From positions 68,008-132,007 of the forward strand of contig JAFGFM010000144.1 of assembly GCA_016931115.1 (NCBI GenBank): a stretch of DNA of 64,000 bases. The letters run 5' to 3'. Of this stretch, positions 41,280-49,769 are shown in pieces (position 1 is the first letter of the stretch; each line of letters starts with the position of its first letter). Position numbers and translations under genes: made by a program. A model generated the notes under the pieces. It was not told the origin of the DNA. It ran no database searches and saw only the letters and a program-made list of their open reading frames with translations. The DNA is from Deltaproteobacteria bacterium (GTDB lineage Bacteria; Desulfobacterota; DSM-4660; Desulfatiglandales; HGW-15).

Positions 41280-42827
41280 CTACTTAAGCCACTCATTGAC
41301 AACCGTGATATCTTCCTGTGCAAGCAGGCCGACCGCCTTTTTGAGCCTGAAGCTGTAGATAATGTACTCATACAGCGATTTGGTATACTCCTGCTTGGTC
41401 TGGTACAGGTCCCTTTCTGCATCTGTTACAGCAAGGCTGGGGAACATGCCGGACTTGAATCCCTCTTTCTTGGCCGTGAGTGTAATCTGGTTACTGATCA
41501 TTGCCTCTTTCAGGGCATTGATATTCTCTATTGAGCTTTTAATACCCAAGAACGCTGCCTTGGATTCCCTGGTTGCGGATCTGATCTCTCCTTCAAGATC
41601 CTCTTCAGCGGCCTTTAAAAGAAGCCTTGCCTCCCTCACCTTTGATGAGGTGGAGAAGCCGTTAAAAATAGGGATCTTAAGTTCAACTGCCCCTTCCCAT
41701 CTCTCAAGATCGCTCCCGCCGCCATATAATGACCCATCTTCTATATCCCTGTTCATCCTGCCAACAAGATTAAGAGTCGGCAGATGGCCTGAGTTCTGTA
41801 TTGAGACCTCTTTTCCTGCCACAACCACTCTCTTCTCCTTTACAAGCACATCAATATTCTGCCTTCTTGCTGAAGCGACCCATTCATCAACATTATCAGG
41901 TATCGGGGTTATCAACGGGATTGTGTCCCATGTGTATGCCACTGTTTCTCCGGGGTTCAGGCTGTTGAAGCCCTTTATATCTATATCACCTGTCCCAGGA
42001 GATTGTTTTTCATCAGTAACGGCAGCCTTTGTGCCGCCATTAATATTTCTTGCGCCAGGTTCAGAGAGGTAACTATCAATCTTGATATCGGGCAATATTA
42101 TGGTTTTAAGATCATCCATCCGCCTGCCAGTTATCTCAGCCAGCCCCTCAAGGGCATCTTCAAGGATATGGTCAGCCCTTACACGCTTTGTCGTAATAAC
42201 GGCAAGCCGGGCCTTTGCGTCATGGAAATCGGTAACAGGGGCAAGACCGTTTTCGTATCTTTCCTTTGCAAGATTATAATGCATATTAACAGCCGCCTCT
42301 TCCGATCTGCTGAATTGAAGGATATCCTTTGCCTCAAGCGCTGCAAGGTATGCCTCTGTAACCCGGAGAATGAGTGTCTGTTTTGCTGTCTCAAGCTCCA
42401 GATCAGCCTGCCTGACCTCCTCCTTTGCCTGTGAAAGCCTGACAATAGATGAGTATTTAAAAAGAGGCTGGCTCAATACCAGATCAAACCCCTTACCCGG
42501 ATATTTTGCAGTGCTGTCGCCATATACCACAACCTCATTGTCAAATATCTCATGCCTTGAACGTTTGTAAAAGGCATCAAAACTGACAACAGGCAGTATC
42601 TCAGCGAATGCCTGATTATATATTTCAGGCGATGCGTTGTGCCGGTGTATCTCCTTCTGAAAGGTTGCATCATTCTCAAGGGCAACCTGATAGACCTCAA
42701 GCAGATCAGAAGAATATGCAGACAGAGAGCAGATGAACAGTAACAGAGAGCAAAAAGAGAGCCTTATAAATCCTCCTTTAATGCCCCCTGAAAAACAGTA
42801 AAAATATCTTGAGATAATTGAATACAT
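41280..42827 (-). CDS. TolC-family outer-membrane channel protein
   Basis: Signal peptide (…LLLFICSLSAYSSDL) and GGGAGG RBS. Two-fold repeated TolC pattern (LLEVYQVALENDATFQ..., ...AERDLYQTKQEYTKSLYEYI...) with a ~70-aa insertion between the halves. First gene of the operon. Confidence 0.87.
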   Translation of the reverse strand: MYSIISRYFYCFSGGIKGGFIRLSFCSLLLFICSLSAYSSDLLEVYQVALENDATFQKEIHRHNASPEIYNQAFAEILPVVSFDAFYKRSRHEIFDNEVVVYGDSTAKYPGKGFDLVLSQPLFKYSSIVRLSQAKEEVRQADLELETAKQTLILRVTEAYLAALEAKDILQFSRSEEAAVNMHYNLAKERYENGLAPVTDFHDAKARLAVITTKRVRADHILEDALEGLAEITGRRMDDLKTIILPDIKIDSYLSEPGARNINGGTKAAVTDEKQSPGTGDIDIKGFNSLNPGETVAYTWDTIPLITPIPDNVDEWVASARRQNIDVLVKEKRVVVAGKEVSIQNSGHLPTLNLVGRMNRDIEDGSLYGGGSDLERWEGAVELKIPIFNGFSTSSKVREARLLLKAAEEDLEGEIRSATRESKAAFLGIKSSIENINALKEAMISNQITLTAKKEGFKSGMFPSLAVTDAERDLYQTKQEYTKSLYEYIIYSFRLKKAVGLLAQEDITVVNEWLK

Positions 42828-43290
42828 GTTTGCGACCTCCCGATCTAATAGCTGCCGTTTAGAAGAACAAGATAACTAGCCATAATAACTATATTTTTAT
42901 TAATTAATTTACAAGATAAATCAATGTTCCTGATTACTATTCTTGTCTACAGGCAAAGGCAGCTTTTCCTTCTGACAGGAAGCACCGAATTTAAGTTATT
43001 TTTCTTTGAAACCGATATGTTTCTACTACGAAAAGAGTTTTTTTGAAGGTTTTATGGAAACCGGGGCAGTATACCGGTTTATTCATGTGGAGGGTTTGAT
43101 ATTTAATTCGGTTTACTTAATTAATATTCACAACATTTTAAAAAGGTAAGTTATCACACAAAGCCTCAAAGACCACCAAGAAAAACAGTTTTATTTTAAG
43201 TATTTACCTTTGCGACTTTGTGTCTTTGTGTGAGATTCAGCTTTTTTACGAAACCATTAATATTGATTTGCAGTATCGATTAGTCAAGCG

Positions 43291-43329
43291 TTTTATTTTA
43301 AAACCGGGGCAGGTTCAGTAACCTGCCCC
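43291..43329 (-). terminator. Rho-independent terminator after the FecR-domain gene
   Basis: Minus strand: ggggcaggt-tactga-acctgcccc followed by ggttttaaaataaaa. It separates the upstream cluster from the tolC-led operon. Confidence 0.7.
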
Positions 43330-43346
43330 TGTGGTAAATTTATACA

Positions 43347-46300
43347 TCAGGGTTTTACGCTAACATATCCTGCACCCTCGCCGGAAAAGCTGCCCGATGT
43401 GCCTCCGGTATGGGTGCCGCCAGCCACACCGCTGAACTCTATCTGTGCAGTTGTACCCGTGTCTGCTCTGCTCAGGGTGCCATGTCCATTATATACATCA
43501 GCTCCCCATGTGTTATTCATGGTATCCCAATTCTTAATATTAAAATCAACACTGAGATCGCCATTTGTAAGCATTACATTCTCGCCAAAAGGATTGTCTG
43601 TAAATTCGCCGGTTATGTTCCCGGTAGCCCATATCTCAGGGGCGCTGCCTGTTGATGATGCAAAAAAGGTAACATCATGCATTGTAATATCTGTAACATT
43701 GACACCTGTACCTGAGAGGGTTGTTCTGCCTATCTCCACCGCAGGTATATTGAGTGATGAAAGTATTGCACGGCCGGTCTCTGTTGCCGCCATCCCAACA
43801 TATTCGCCTGCCTTTACCCATACCCCTGCAGCGGCTGACTGCCATTTGAGATTTTCTGAATCTGATGGGTCATATGTACCCGCTATCTTACCTGAAGAGA
43901 CCCCTACAATCGGGACAATATCGTTCAGGTCAACCCATGCTCCAACCATATCACCTTCAATCCTGTTATCAGACCACGTGCCATCAACATTATATTTGGC
44001 AATCATCCCTGCGGTGTTGCCAACTCCTTCGATATAAAAATCACTGTGATAATTAATTATCCACCTGCTCTCAGGGGTTCCGCTGTACGTGCCGCCCAGC
44101 ACTGCCTGCCACACACCCCACGGCTCACCATTGATATTACGAATTGTATGATTACCCCCTCCTGCATATAAATACCCGGTTGAGTAACCCATTGAGTCAA
44201 GAAAGTTCCCTTCGCCAGGATATAAATATGAACCATAGTCATAACGGCCCCAGAAATAGAGGGTCTTATCCTTTAGCCCTTCCAGAAGTGTGCCCGGGGT
44301 TGAAGAGGCCATTTCAACCTGCACCGGATATATACCCCCTGTTGCATCCCATATGCCTGATACCCTGTTTGCGCTCCCGGTGTAATCACCAATAAGTATA
44401 CCCGCCCTGTTTACCGGGCTTATATAGACCGCATATATGTTCCCAAATGTGGAAGAACCAAGTACACCACTTATAAATCCAGCATATGCCCCGCCATCAG
44501 GGGTTGTGTCGGTGTCATTATAGGGGTTGTAGCTATCCAGGCGGTTTGCAAATATGAAAGGCTGAGATGGGTTGACTGAAAACTGGGCATCATAATTACC
44601 CAGAAAGGTTATCCCGGCTTTATTTGCATAGGTTGCACCCCACAGGTCATTAAGGCCTCCCATAATGCCGTCGAGCCAGCCTGTATTATACATATTAAAA
44701 CCCTGCCACGAAGAATTGTACTCCCAGGTGTAAGTGCCTGGCGGTGTAGCAAGAGAGGTAAGATCAAACATGGTAAATGGGCCGGTTGATTCATATGAGA
44801 TGAAATTTCCTGTTGAATGGTCATACACCCACTTCTGGCTGAAGAAATTGGCATATGTGCCATCAAAAGACCTTGCATTTACCTGATAATAGGTATCTGT
44901 ACCTGCACCGGCATTATAAAAGGTATAGCCTCCCTCATGGCTGGATAGGTCATAGTGGTAATGATACATGCTCGGGTTACTGATCATGGAGTAGTTGCCA
45001 CCTGTTTCTCCTCTTAACAGATATAATCCACTCCCAAAGCTGCTGCTGAACTCAAGGTCAGCGGACTTCTTATATAAGCCAACAGAGATACCTGACCAGT
45101 TCCCACCACTACCTCCCGGGCCGATAAGCTCGCCATCTATGGTGCCCGTGCTGGTCATGGTTAAAAATTCACCCATAATCTCACCTGATATCCCATCAGT
45201 AAGCCATGCACCGTCTGTGATTTTGGCAGCCCACATGCCGCCATCATTACGCCATTGTCCTGAATCATCCAGATACTCCCCGAAAAGCCCGCTCCCGCTT
45301 ATTGCTCCGGACCATGAATCTGATGCCAGCCCCTCATCATATCCTGCATAACCGAACGACATATTAAGAATACCCCAATCCTCTCCTCTTATATATGAGG
45401 TATCACCGAATCCATGAGCCTTGATGCCTGTCTCGGAACTCCCTGAAAAGGTGCCTGAGAGCATCTCCACTTCAATAAAGCCGTGTCCAATAAAACTGTT
45501 AAACTCATTTACTGTAAAGGTCCTTCCTGTGCTAACCGGTGTCGCATACATTGTACCGGTAGCGCTCCATGCACCTGTGAGGTCAGATGATCCGCTGAAT
45601 TCGCCTGAAAGGATACCAATCCCTGTACCATCAGGGCTCAGGTAAAGGGCATGGATCAGGCCGCTTGCATCAGCCGCGGTTCCTCCAAAGTAACCTGAAT
45701 AGGCCCCTCCACTCTTAAATGTACCTGAAAGGGTTGCCCTGAAGAGGTATAAAGGATCTGATGATGTGTACTGGCCTGAAAGGGTTATTGCAAGAGGCTC
45801 TGTTTCAGTGGCGCCCCAGAAATCCTCTGCCATGCCTGAAATATCGCCTGTAAAGCTCCCTGTGTCTGCAATTATTGTTGTCGTAAAGCTATCCTGGAAT
45901 CGTTGATAATAACCTGCAGATGGAGGATCCGCCAGAAATGCAAGTGAACCGCTCCATGAGCTTTCAGTTACATCGGGCGCAAACTCATCCTCTCCTCCTG
46001 TCTCTATATAAAGCATACCTCCCGGGGCATAATTATAGAATGTTTCAGAGTCTGAATCCATTATCTCGGTTTCACTCATGCCCCTTAAATAGGTTACATC
46101 ATCATCCTTTAGAAAATTAAAATACTCATATTCATATCTTGCCTGCGCATCACTTTTATTATTTCCATTCTTGCGGGGGTCTGTTGAGTAAGGTAGTACA
46201 TACTCCCCTTCATAATGTGTACCTGAGACAAGACCAAGCATATTACCGTTAAAGGCCATCAGGGAAGTGGGTGCTGGCGGTTCTACCGGTGGCGGTTCCA

Positions 46301-47432
46301 CTGGCGGCACTACCGGTGGCTCTACCGGTGGTGGTTCCACTGGTGGCGGCTCTACCTGAGAAGGTTCTACCGGCGGTATATAAGGCGGGTCAACCGGTTC
46401 CACAGGTGTAATTGGCGGAGAAGCTTCAGGGGTTAAAGTTTCTGGCTGCGGAGATGGCACTTCAGGGAGGTCTCCACCTGGTCCAAGATCGGCCATTAAG
46501 GTTTCTTCAGGCACAAACTCGCCGGTGTCCCCGCCATCCCCGATAATCCCGGTATCCCCTGTATCACCTACAGCTCCAGTATCGCCAGTTGAATTCACAG
46601 ACCCGGTCTCCCCTCCGGCTGTTGAACCTTCACCTTCTGCCTGTGTCTCTTCCGGGCTCTCTGATGCTGACCCGCTATCGCCCTCTTGTTCACCTTCAGA
46701 CTCTTCTGATGTGGCCTCTCCTGCCTGATCATCACCCGAGGCCTCACTTTCTATACCCTTTTCTTCATCTGTCCCTTCCTTATCAGCCTCTTCCTCTTCC
46801 GCCGGGGTTGTTTCCCCTTCAAGCCTTTCTATATCATCATCCGAGGCGATCTGAACAACAGGGTGCGCATCCGCATTGGGTATTATCATGGACTCGCCTG
46901 CCTCAATTTTTATCATGTTATCTGGCTCATTTTTGTTATACCCGTAGCCAAATCCCTCTTTGAATGTGGCGCCGCTTTCACCCTTCTCATAATACATGAA
47001 AAAATCAGTACCCCTTACACCGCATACCGATGTTGGGGTGTGCACCTCATACCGGTTTCCATCATTGCCAAGCACGCTGCCCAGCAGCTTTTTTACCCTG
47101 TTCTGGATCTTTCCCCTGAACAGATTAAGCACTGCGCTACGCCTGCCTGACTCATTTATATATTCTGATATCTCTACCCTTGTATTCTGTGCAAGTTTCA
47201 GGATGTTTCCATCTGTAAAGAGGATCTCCGCCTTAGAATTGCTCTTTGACCTTACTATGTCCTTTTCAAAGACTTGAGTCCCGGCATTAACCTCTTCTGC
47301 CGGGCTTCCAGGTCTGGTGATATCAACACGACCTTCAACTTTTGTAAATTTGCCAATAGACTCAGCATAAACCGCATGTGAAGCCACAGCGGCCAGCATA
47401 ATGATAAAAAATCCGGTTAATATCTTTCCCAT
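43347..47432 (-). CDS. Large secreted FecR-domain protein (1,361 aa) with acidic and proline-rich linkers and a long G/S/T/Y/W-rich C-terminal region
   Basis: Sec signal MGKILTGFFIIMLAAVASHAVYA|E. FecR-like block (FTKVEGRVDITRPG...GTQVFEKDIVRSKSNSKAEILFTDGNILKLAQNTRVEI...YEVHTPTSVCGVRGTDF). D/E-rich segment and (VEPPP)n linker. About 900 aa of unknown function with internal repeats. Confidence 0.8.
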   Translation of the reverse strand: MGKILTGFFIIMLAAVASHAVYAESIGKFTKVEGRVDITRPGSPAEEVNAGTQVFEKDIVRSKSNSKAEILFTDGNILKLAQNTRVEISEYINESGRRSAVLNLFRGKIQNRVKKLLGSVLGNDGNRYEVHTPTSVCGVRGTDFFMYYEKGESGATFKEGFGYGYNKNEPDNMIKIEAGESMIIPNADAHPVVQIASDDDIERLEGETTPAEEEEADKEGTDEEKGIESEASGDDQAGEATSEESEGEQEGDSGSASESPEETQAEGEGSTAGGETGSVNSTGDTGAVGDTGDTGIIGDGGDTGEFVPEETLMADLGPGGDLPEVPSPQPETLTPEASPPITPVEPVDPPYIPPVEPSQVEPPPVEPPPVEPPVVPPVEPPPVEPPAPTSLMAFNGNMLGLVSGTHYEGEYVLPYSTDPRKNGNNKSDAQARYEYEYFNFLKDDDVTYLRGMSETEIMDSDSETFYNYAPGGMLYIETGGEDEFAPDVTESSWSGSLAFLADPPSAGYYQRFQDSFTTTIIADTGSFTGDISGMAEDFWGATETEPLAITLSGQYTSSDPLYLFRATLSGTFKSGGAYSGYFGGTAADASGLIHALYLSPDGTGIGILSGEFSGSSDLTGAWSATGTMYATPVSTGRTFTVNEFNSFIGHGFIEVEMLSGTFSGSSETGIKAHGFGDTSYIRGEDWGILNMSFGYAGYDEGLASDSWSGAISGSGLFGEYLDDSGQWRNDGGMWAAKITDGAWLTDGISGEIMGEFLTMTSTGTIDGELIGPGGSGGNWSGISVGLYKKSADLEFSSSFGSGLYLLRGETGGNYSMISNPSMYHYHYDLSSHEGGYTFYNAGAGTDTYYQVNARSFDGTYANFFSQKWVYDHSTGNFISYESTGPFTMFDLTSLATPPGTYTWEYNSSWQGFNMYNTGWLDGIMGGLNDLWGATYANKAGITFLGNYDAQFSVNPSQPFIFANRLDSYNPYNDTDTTPDGGAYAGFISGVLGSSTFGNIYAVYISPVNRAGILIGDYTGSANRVSGIWDATGGIYPVQVEMASSTPGTLLEGLKDKTLYFWGRYDYGSYLYPGEGNFLDSMGYSTGYLYAGGGNHTIRNINGEPWGVWQAVLGGTYSGTPESRWIINYHSDFYIEGVGNTAGMIAKYNVDGTWSDNRIEGDMVGAWVDLNDIVPIVGVSSGKIAGTYDPSDSENLKWQSAAAGVWVKAGEYVGMAATETGRAILSSLNIPAVEIGRTTLSGTGVNVTDITMHDVTFFASSTGSAPEIWATGNITGEFTDNPFGENVMLTNGDLSVDFNIKNWDTMNNTWGADVYNGHGTLSRADTGTTAQIEFSGVAGGTHTGGTSGSFSGEGAGYVSVKP
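46271..46375 (-). repeat. 15-nt tandem repeat encoding (V-E-P-P-P)n
   Basis: Plus strand: ggttc(t/c)ac(c/t)ggtgg(c/t) repeated about 7 times. It encodes ...PPVEPSQVEPPPVEPPPVEPPVVPPVEPPPVEPP... Confidence 0.85.
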
Positions 47433-47617
47433 TTTTACCCCCGGTTTTAAGAGATACAGATTTAGTCCCCGCAGAATATTTCGCGGTTATCCAGATAAAT
47501 ATGAGGGTTAAAAAACTCCTGTACCCTCTCTCGATTCAAATCGACAGGTGGGGGCAAAGACTTAAATTTTTTAACCGGATCAGTTAATGGTATACAGGAT
47601 GCAAATATCTTTTAATA

Positions 47618-49051
47618 TCAGTCTTTTAGTTCTTCAAGATACTCACTGTAATACTGTAGAATAAGATTTCTGAAACCTATGGTTTCACTGAAGGGAGGGA
47701 GGCCATCAAATTCCTTTACCCTGTGCTGGCCCGCATTGTAGGAGGCCAGGGCAAGGCTTATATCACCATTATTGCTCTTCATCAGCCTTGTAAAATAGGT
47801 ATACCCTGCCTCAATAACCTTTTGTGCATCAAACCGGTCATCGTTTTTTCCATCAGCAAGCTCCTTTTTATATTTTTTAAGCAGCTCTTTTCGCTTTTCA
47901 CCTGCGTTTATGGATTTATTTATATGCTCTCTTGCCTGTTTTGCTGCCTGAGTATCATCCCTTTTTGAGATACTTAAAAGCGCCTGCCTGGCCTTTGCCC
48001 TCATTTCCCGCTCGGTCCTGGATAACTCACCGGCTTTTTTATAATAATCAGGCATATATATCTCTTTCAGGCCAAGATCCAGCGCGGTCTGCGGCATAAG
48101 CTGGGTCAGACCGGCAGCACCGACATAAGAAACCGCCCTGGGCCTGAATGATGACTCCTTTTTCATCAGCGCAAGAAAGAGCAGGGGGTCTGTTCGGTAT
48201 ATGCTGCCCCCCTTTTCCAGAGCTGATTCTATAACAGGCAGAAATTCTGGCACCTCTTTATTTACAACCTTTTTCCAGTCCCCATAGTCCGAACCATTAC
48301 CGTTCCTGCTGTTCTTATCCATATTAAAGAGGCTGATTTCCTCCGGGGATGCCTGGGCAATAAATCTGTTAAAGAGACTGTTTACAAACCGAATGTTTTC
48401 AGGGGCAAGAAAATGACTTCCGTGTTTTGTACTGTGACACCTGTTGTAGAAGCAGGCTAGTGTATCCCTAAGGTTATTACCGGTCTCATTCAGGTCTTCA
48501 TTCAGAATGGTGATGATTAGCCTGTTGCAGATCTCGGGGTTAAACCTGTCATCCTGATCTTTATCTAAATTTTTCCGGTAGTTAACAAGCTTTTCCTTTG
48601 CAAGCAGGGAGTTTTCTTTATAGAGGAGGATATTAGAGATAATTTTTTGTATGACAGCATGTTCAGGCTCCCTGTTTCCCCTGTAAGAGAGGGCCTTTTC
48701 CGCAGCCTCAAGGGCATCAGCCGCCTTTTCAAAAAGGGCGACTGCATCATTGTAATCCTGATCAGTATATACTTTTAAGCCAAGCTTTAAGGCCTCCTCA
48801 GGTTTTATGAAAAGTATCCCCTCTTCCCCTCTGTAGGTTTTATTGCTATCTGAAAGCCTGATCTGTTCTGCATTATATTCAACAATATACCCTGCTATCT
48901 TCTGAACAGCAGTTGTATTATTATCCGCCTGGCAATTAATGGAAGGGTAGAGGAAAACAGTTAATGAATATACTGCTATTACCAGGTTTTTTATTGCTTT
49001 TGTATTAATTTTCAAATTATTTCTCAAATCAGCCGGGTTGGCAGCAAACAA
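47618..49051 (-). CDS. Lytic transglycosylase (SLT-domain) protein
   Basis: The C-terminal catalytic pattern LALMKKESSFRPRAVSYVGAAGLTQLMP ... LALASYNAG is the E-S ... GLMQ ... YNAG family signature. The N-terminal helical region is preceded by a signal-like segment. The start codon is uncertain: TTG at 49051, with in-frame TTGs at 49027 and 49015. Confidence 0.8.
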   Translation of the reverse strand: MFAANPADLRNNLKINTKAIKNLVIAVYSLTVFLYPSINCQADNNTTAVQKIAGYIVEYNAEQIRLSDSNKTYRGEEGILFIKPEEALKLGLKVYTDQDYNDAVALFEKAADALEAAEKALSYRGNREPEHAVIQKIISNILLYKENSLLAKEKLVNYRKNLDKDQDDRFNPEICNRLIITILNEDLNETGNNLRDTLACFYNRCHSTKHGSHFLAPENIRFVNSLFNRFIAQASPEEISLFNMDKNSRNGNGSDYGDWKKVVNKEVPEFLPVIESALEKGGSIYRTDPLLFLALMKKESSFRPRAVSYVGAAGLTQLMPQTALDLGLKEIYMPDYYKKAGELSRTEREMRAKARQALLSISKRDDTQAAKQAREHINKSINAGEKRKELLKKYKKELADGKNDDRFDAQKVIEAGYTYFTRLMKSNNGDISLALASYNAGQHRVKEFDGLPPFSETIGFRNLILQYYSEYLEELKD

Positions 49052-49096
49052 ACCATTGATAAATCATAGAGTAATCAGCTCTTGAAAAATTTATGC

Positions 49097-49116
49097 GCCC
49101 CGGAAAAACCCGGGGC
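49097..49116 (-). terminator. Possible terminator hairpin after skp
   Basis: gccccgg-aaaaac-ccggggc stem-loop. On the minus strand it is followed by cataaattttt, an interrupted U-tract. Confidence 0.35.
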
Positions 49117-49139
49117 ACTTTATATCGGTAAAAGTTTTT

Positions 49140-49655
49140 TTAGGGCTTTGAATCGTATAGTTTTATGATCTGATCAGTTACATCAATCGCTTTATCAGAA
49201 GCCACTATTGAACTCTTTTCAACTATTATTGAAAGCTTCTCTTTGTTCAGGTATTCCTGGGCTGCATCCCTTATGGCTGTTAAAAATTTGCGCCCCAGTT
49301 CTGTATCCTTGGCCTGCATTTCCGCCTCAATCTCTTCCTTCATACGGGGGAGATCCCTTGCTTCCTTTCTGAGGGTCTCTGCCTTGTCTCGCCTGACCTG
49401 TTCAGTCATTGTGCTCCCCTTGGTGGCTAGTTCGTTATCCAGGGCCTGAGCAGCGCTCTGCCTTTTTATGAGTTCCTGCCTTTTGGCCTCAAACTCCTTT
49501 GTGAAATCAGCGCGCGCTTTAGTGATTTTTGCTGACTGCGACAAAATTTTCTGGGTATCTATTACACCTATCTTTACTTCTGCTGCAAAAGCGGGAAAAA
49601 GATTGGCTGCAATGAGCGCAAGAAAACAGATTAACAATAGCGTGAGTCTTTTCAT
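49140..49655 (-). CDS. skp: OmpH/Skp-family periplasmic chaperone
   Basis: Signal peptide followed by KIGVIDTQKILSQSAKITKARADFTKEFEAKRQELIKRQ..., a long charged coiled region. 171 aa, typical Skp size. Confidence 0.85.
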   Translation of the reverse strand: MKRLTLLLICFLALIAANLFPAFAAEVKIGVIDTQKILSQSAKITKARADFTKEFEAKRQELIKRQSAAQALDNELATKGSTMTEQVRRDKAETLRKEARDLPRMKEEIEAEMQAKDTELGRKFLTAIRDAAQEYLNKEKLSIIVEKSSIVASDKAIDVTDQIIKLYDSKP

Positions 49656-49769
49656 AATGATCTTCCTTTCAATAAGATATTAAAGTAATAAGTAATTCAG
49701 GGGTAGAAAAATGTCAAGTGACACCTCATTATCGGTAAGAATCCCCCTCAATGAGGTGTATAAAGCTGA

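Noticed and set aside
42828-43290. Search for the promoter of the secretion operon in the AT-rich intergenic region: sigma54 (TGGCAC-N5-TTGC) and sigma70 boxes on the minus strand.
   Set aside because: I found no sigma54-like match. The best sigma70 candidate, TTGTAA (42914-42909) / TATAGT (42893-42888), has only a 15-nt spacer, so I do not report it as a feature.
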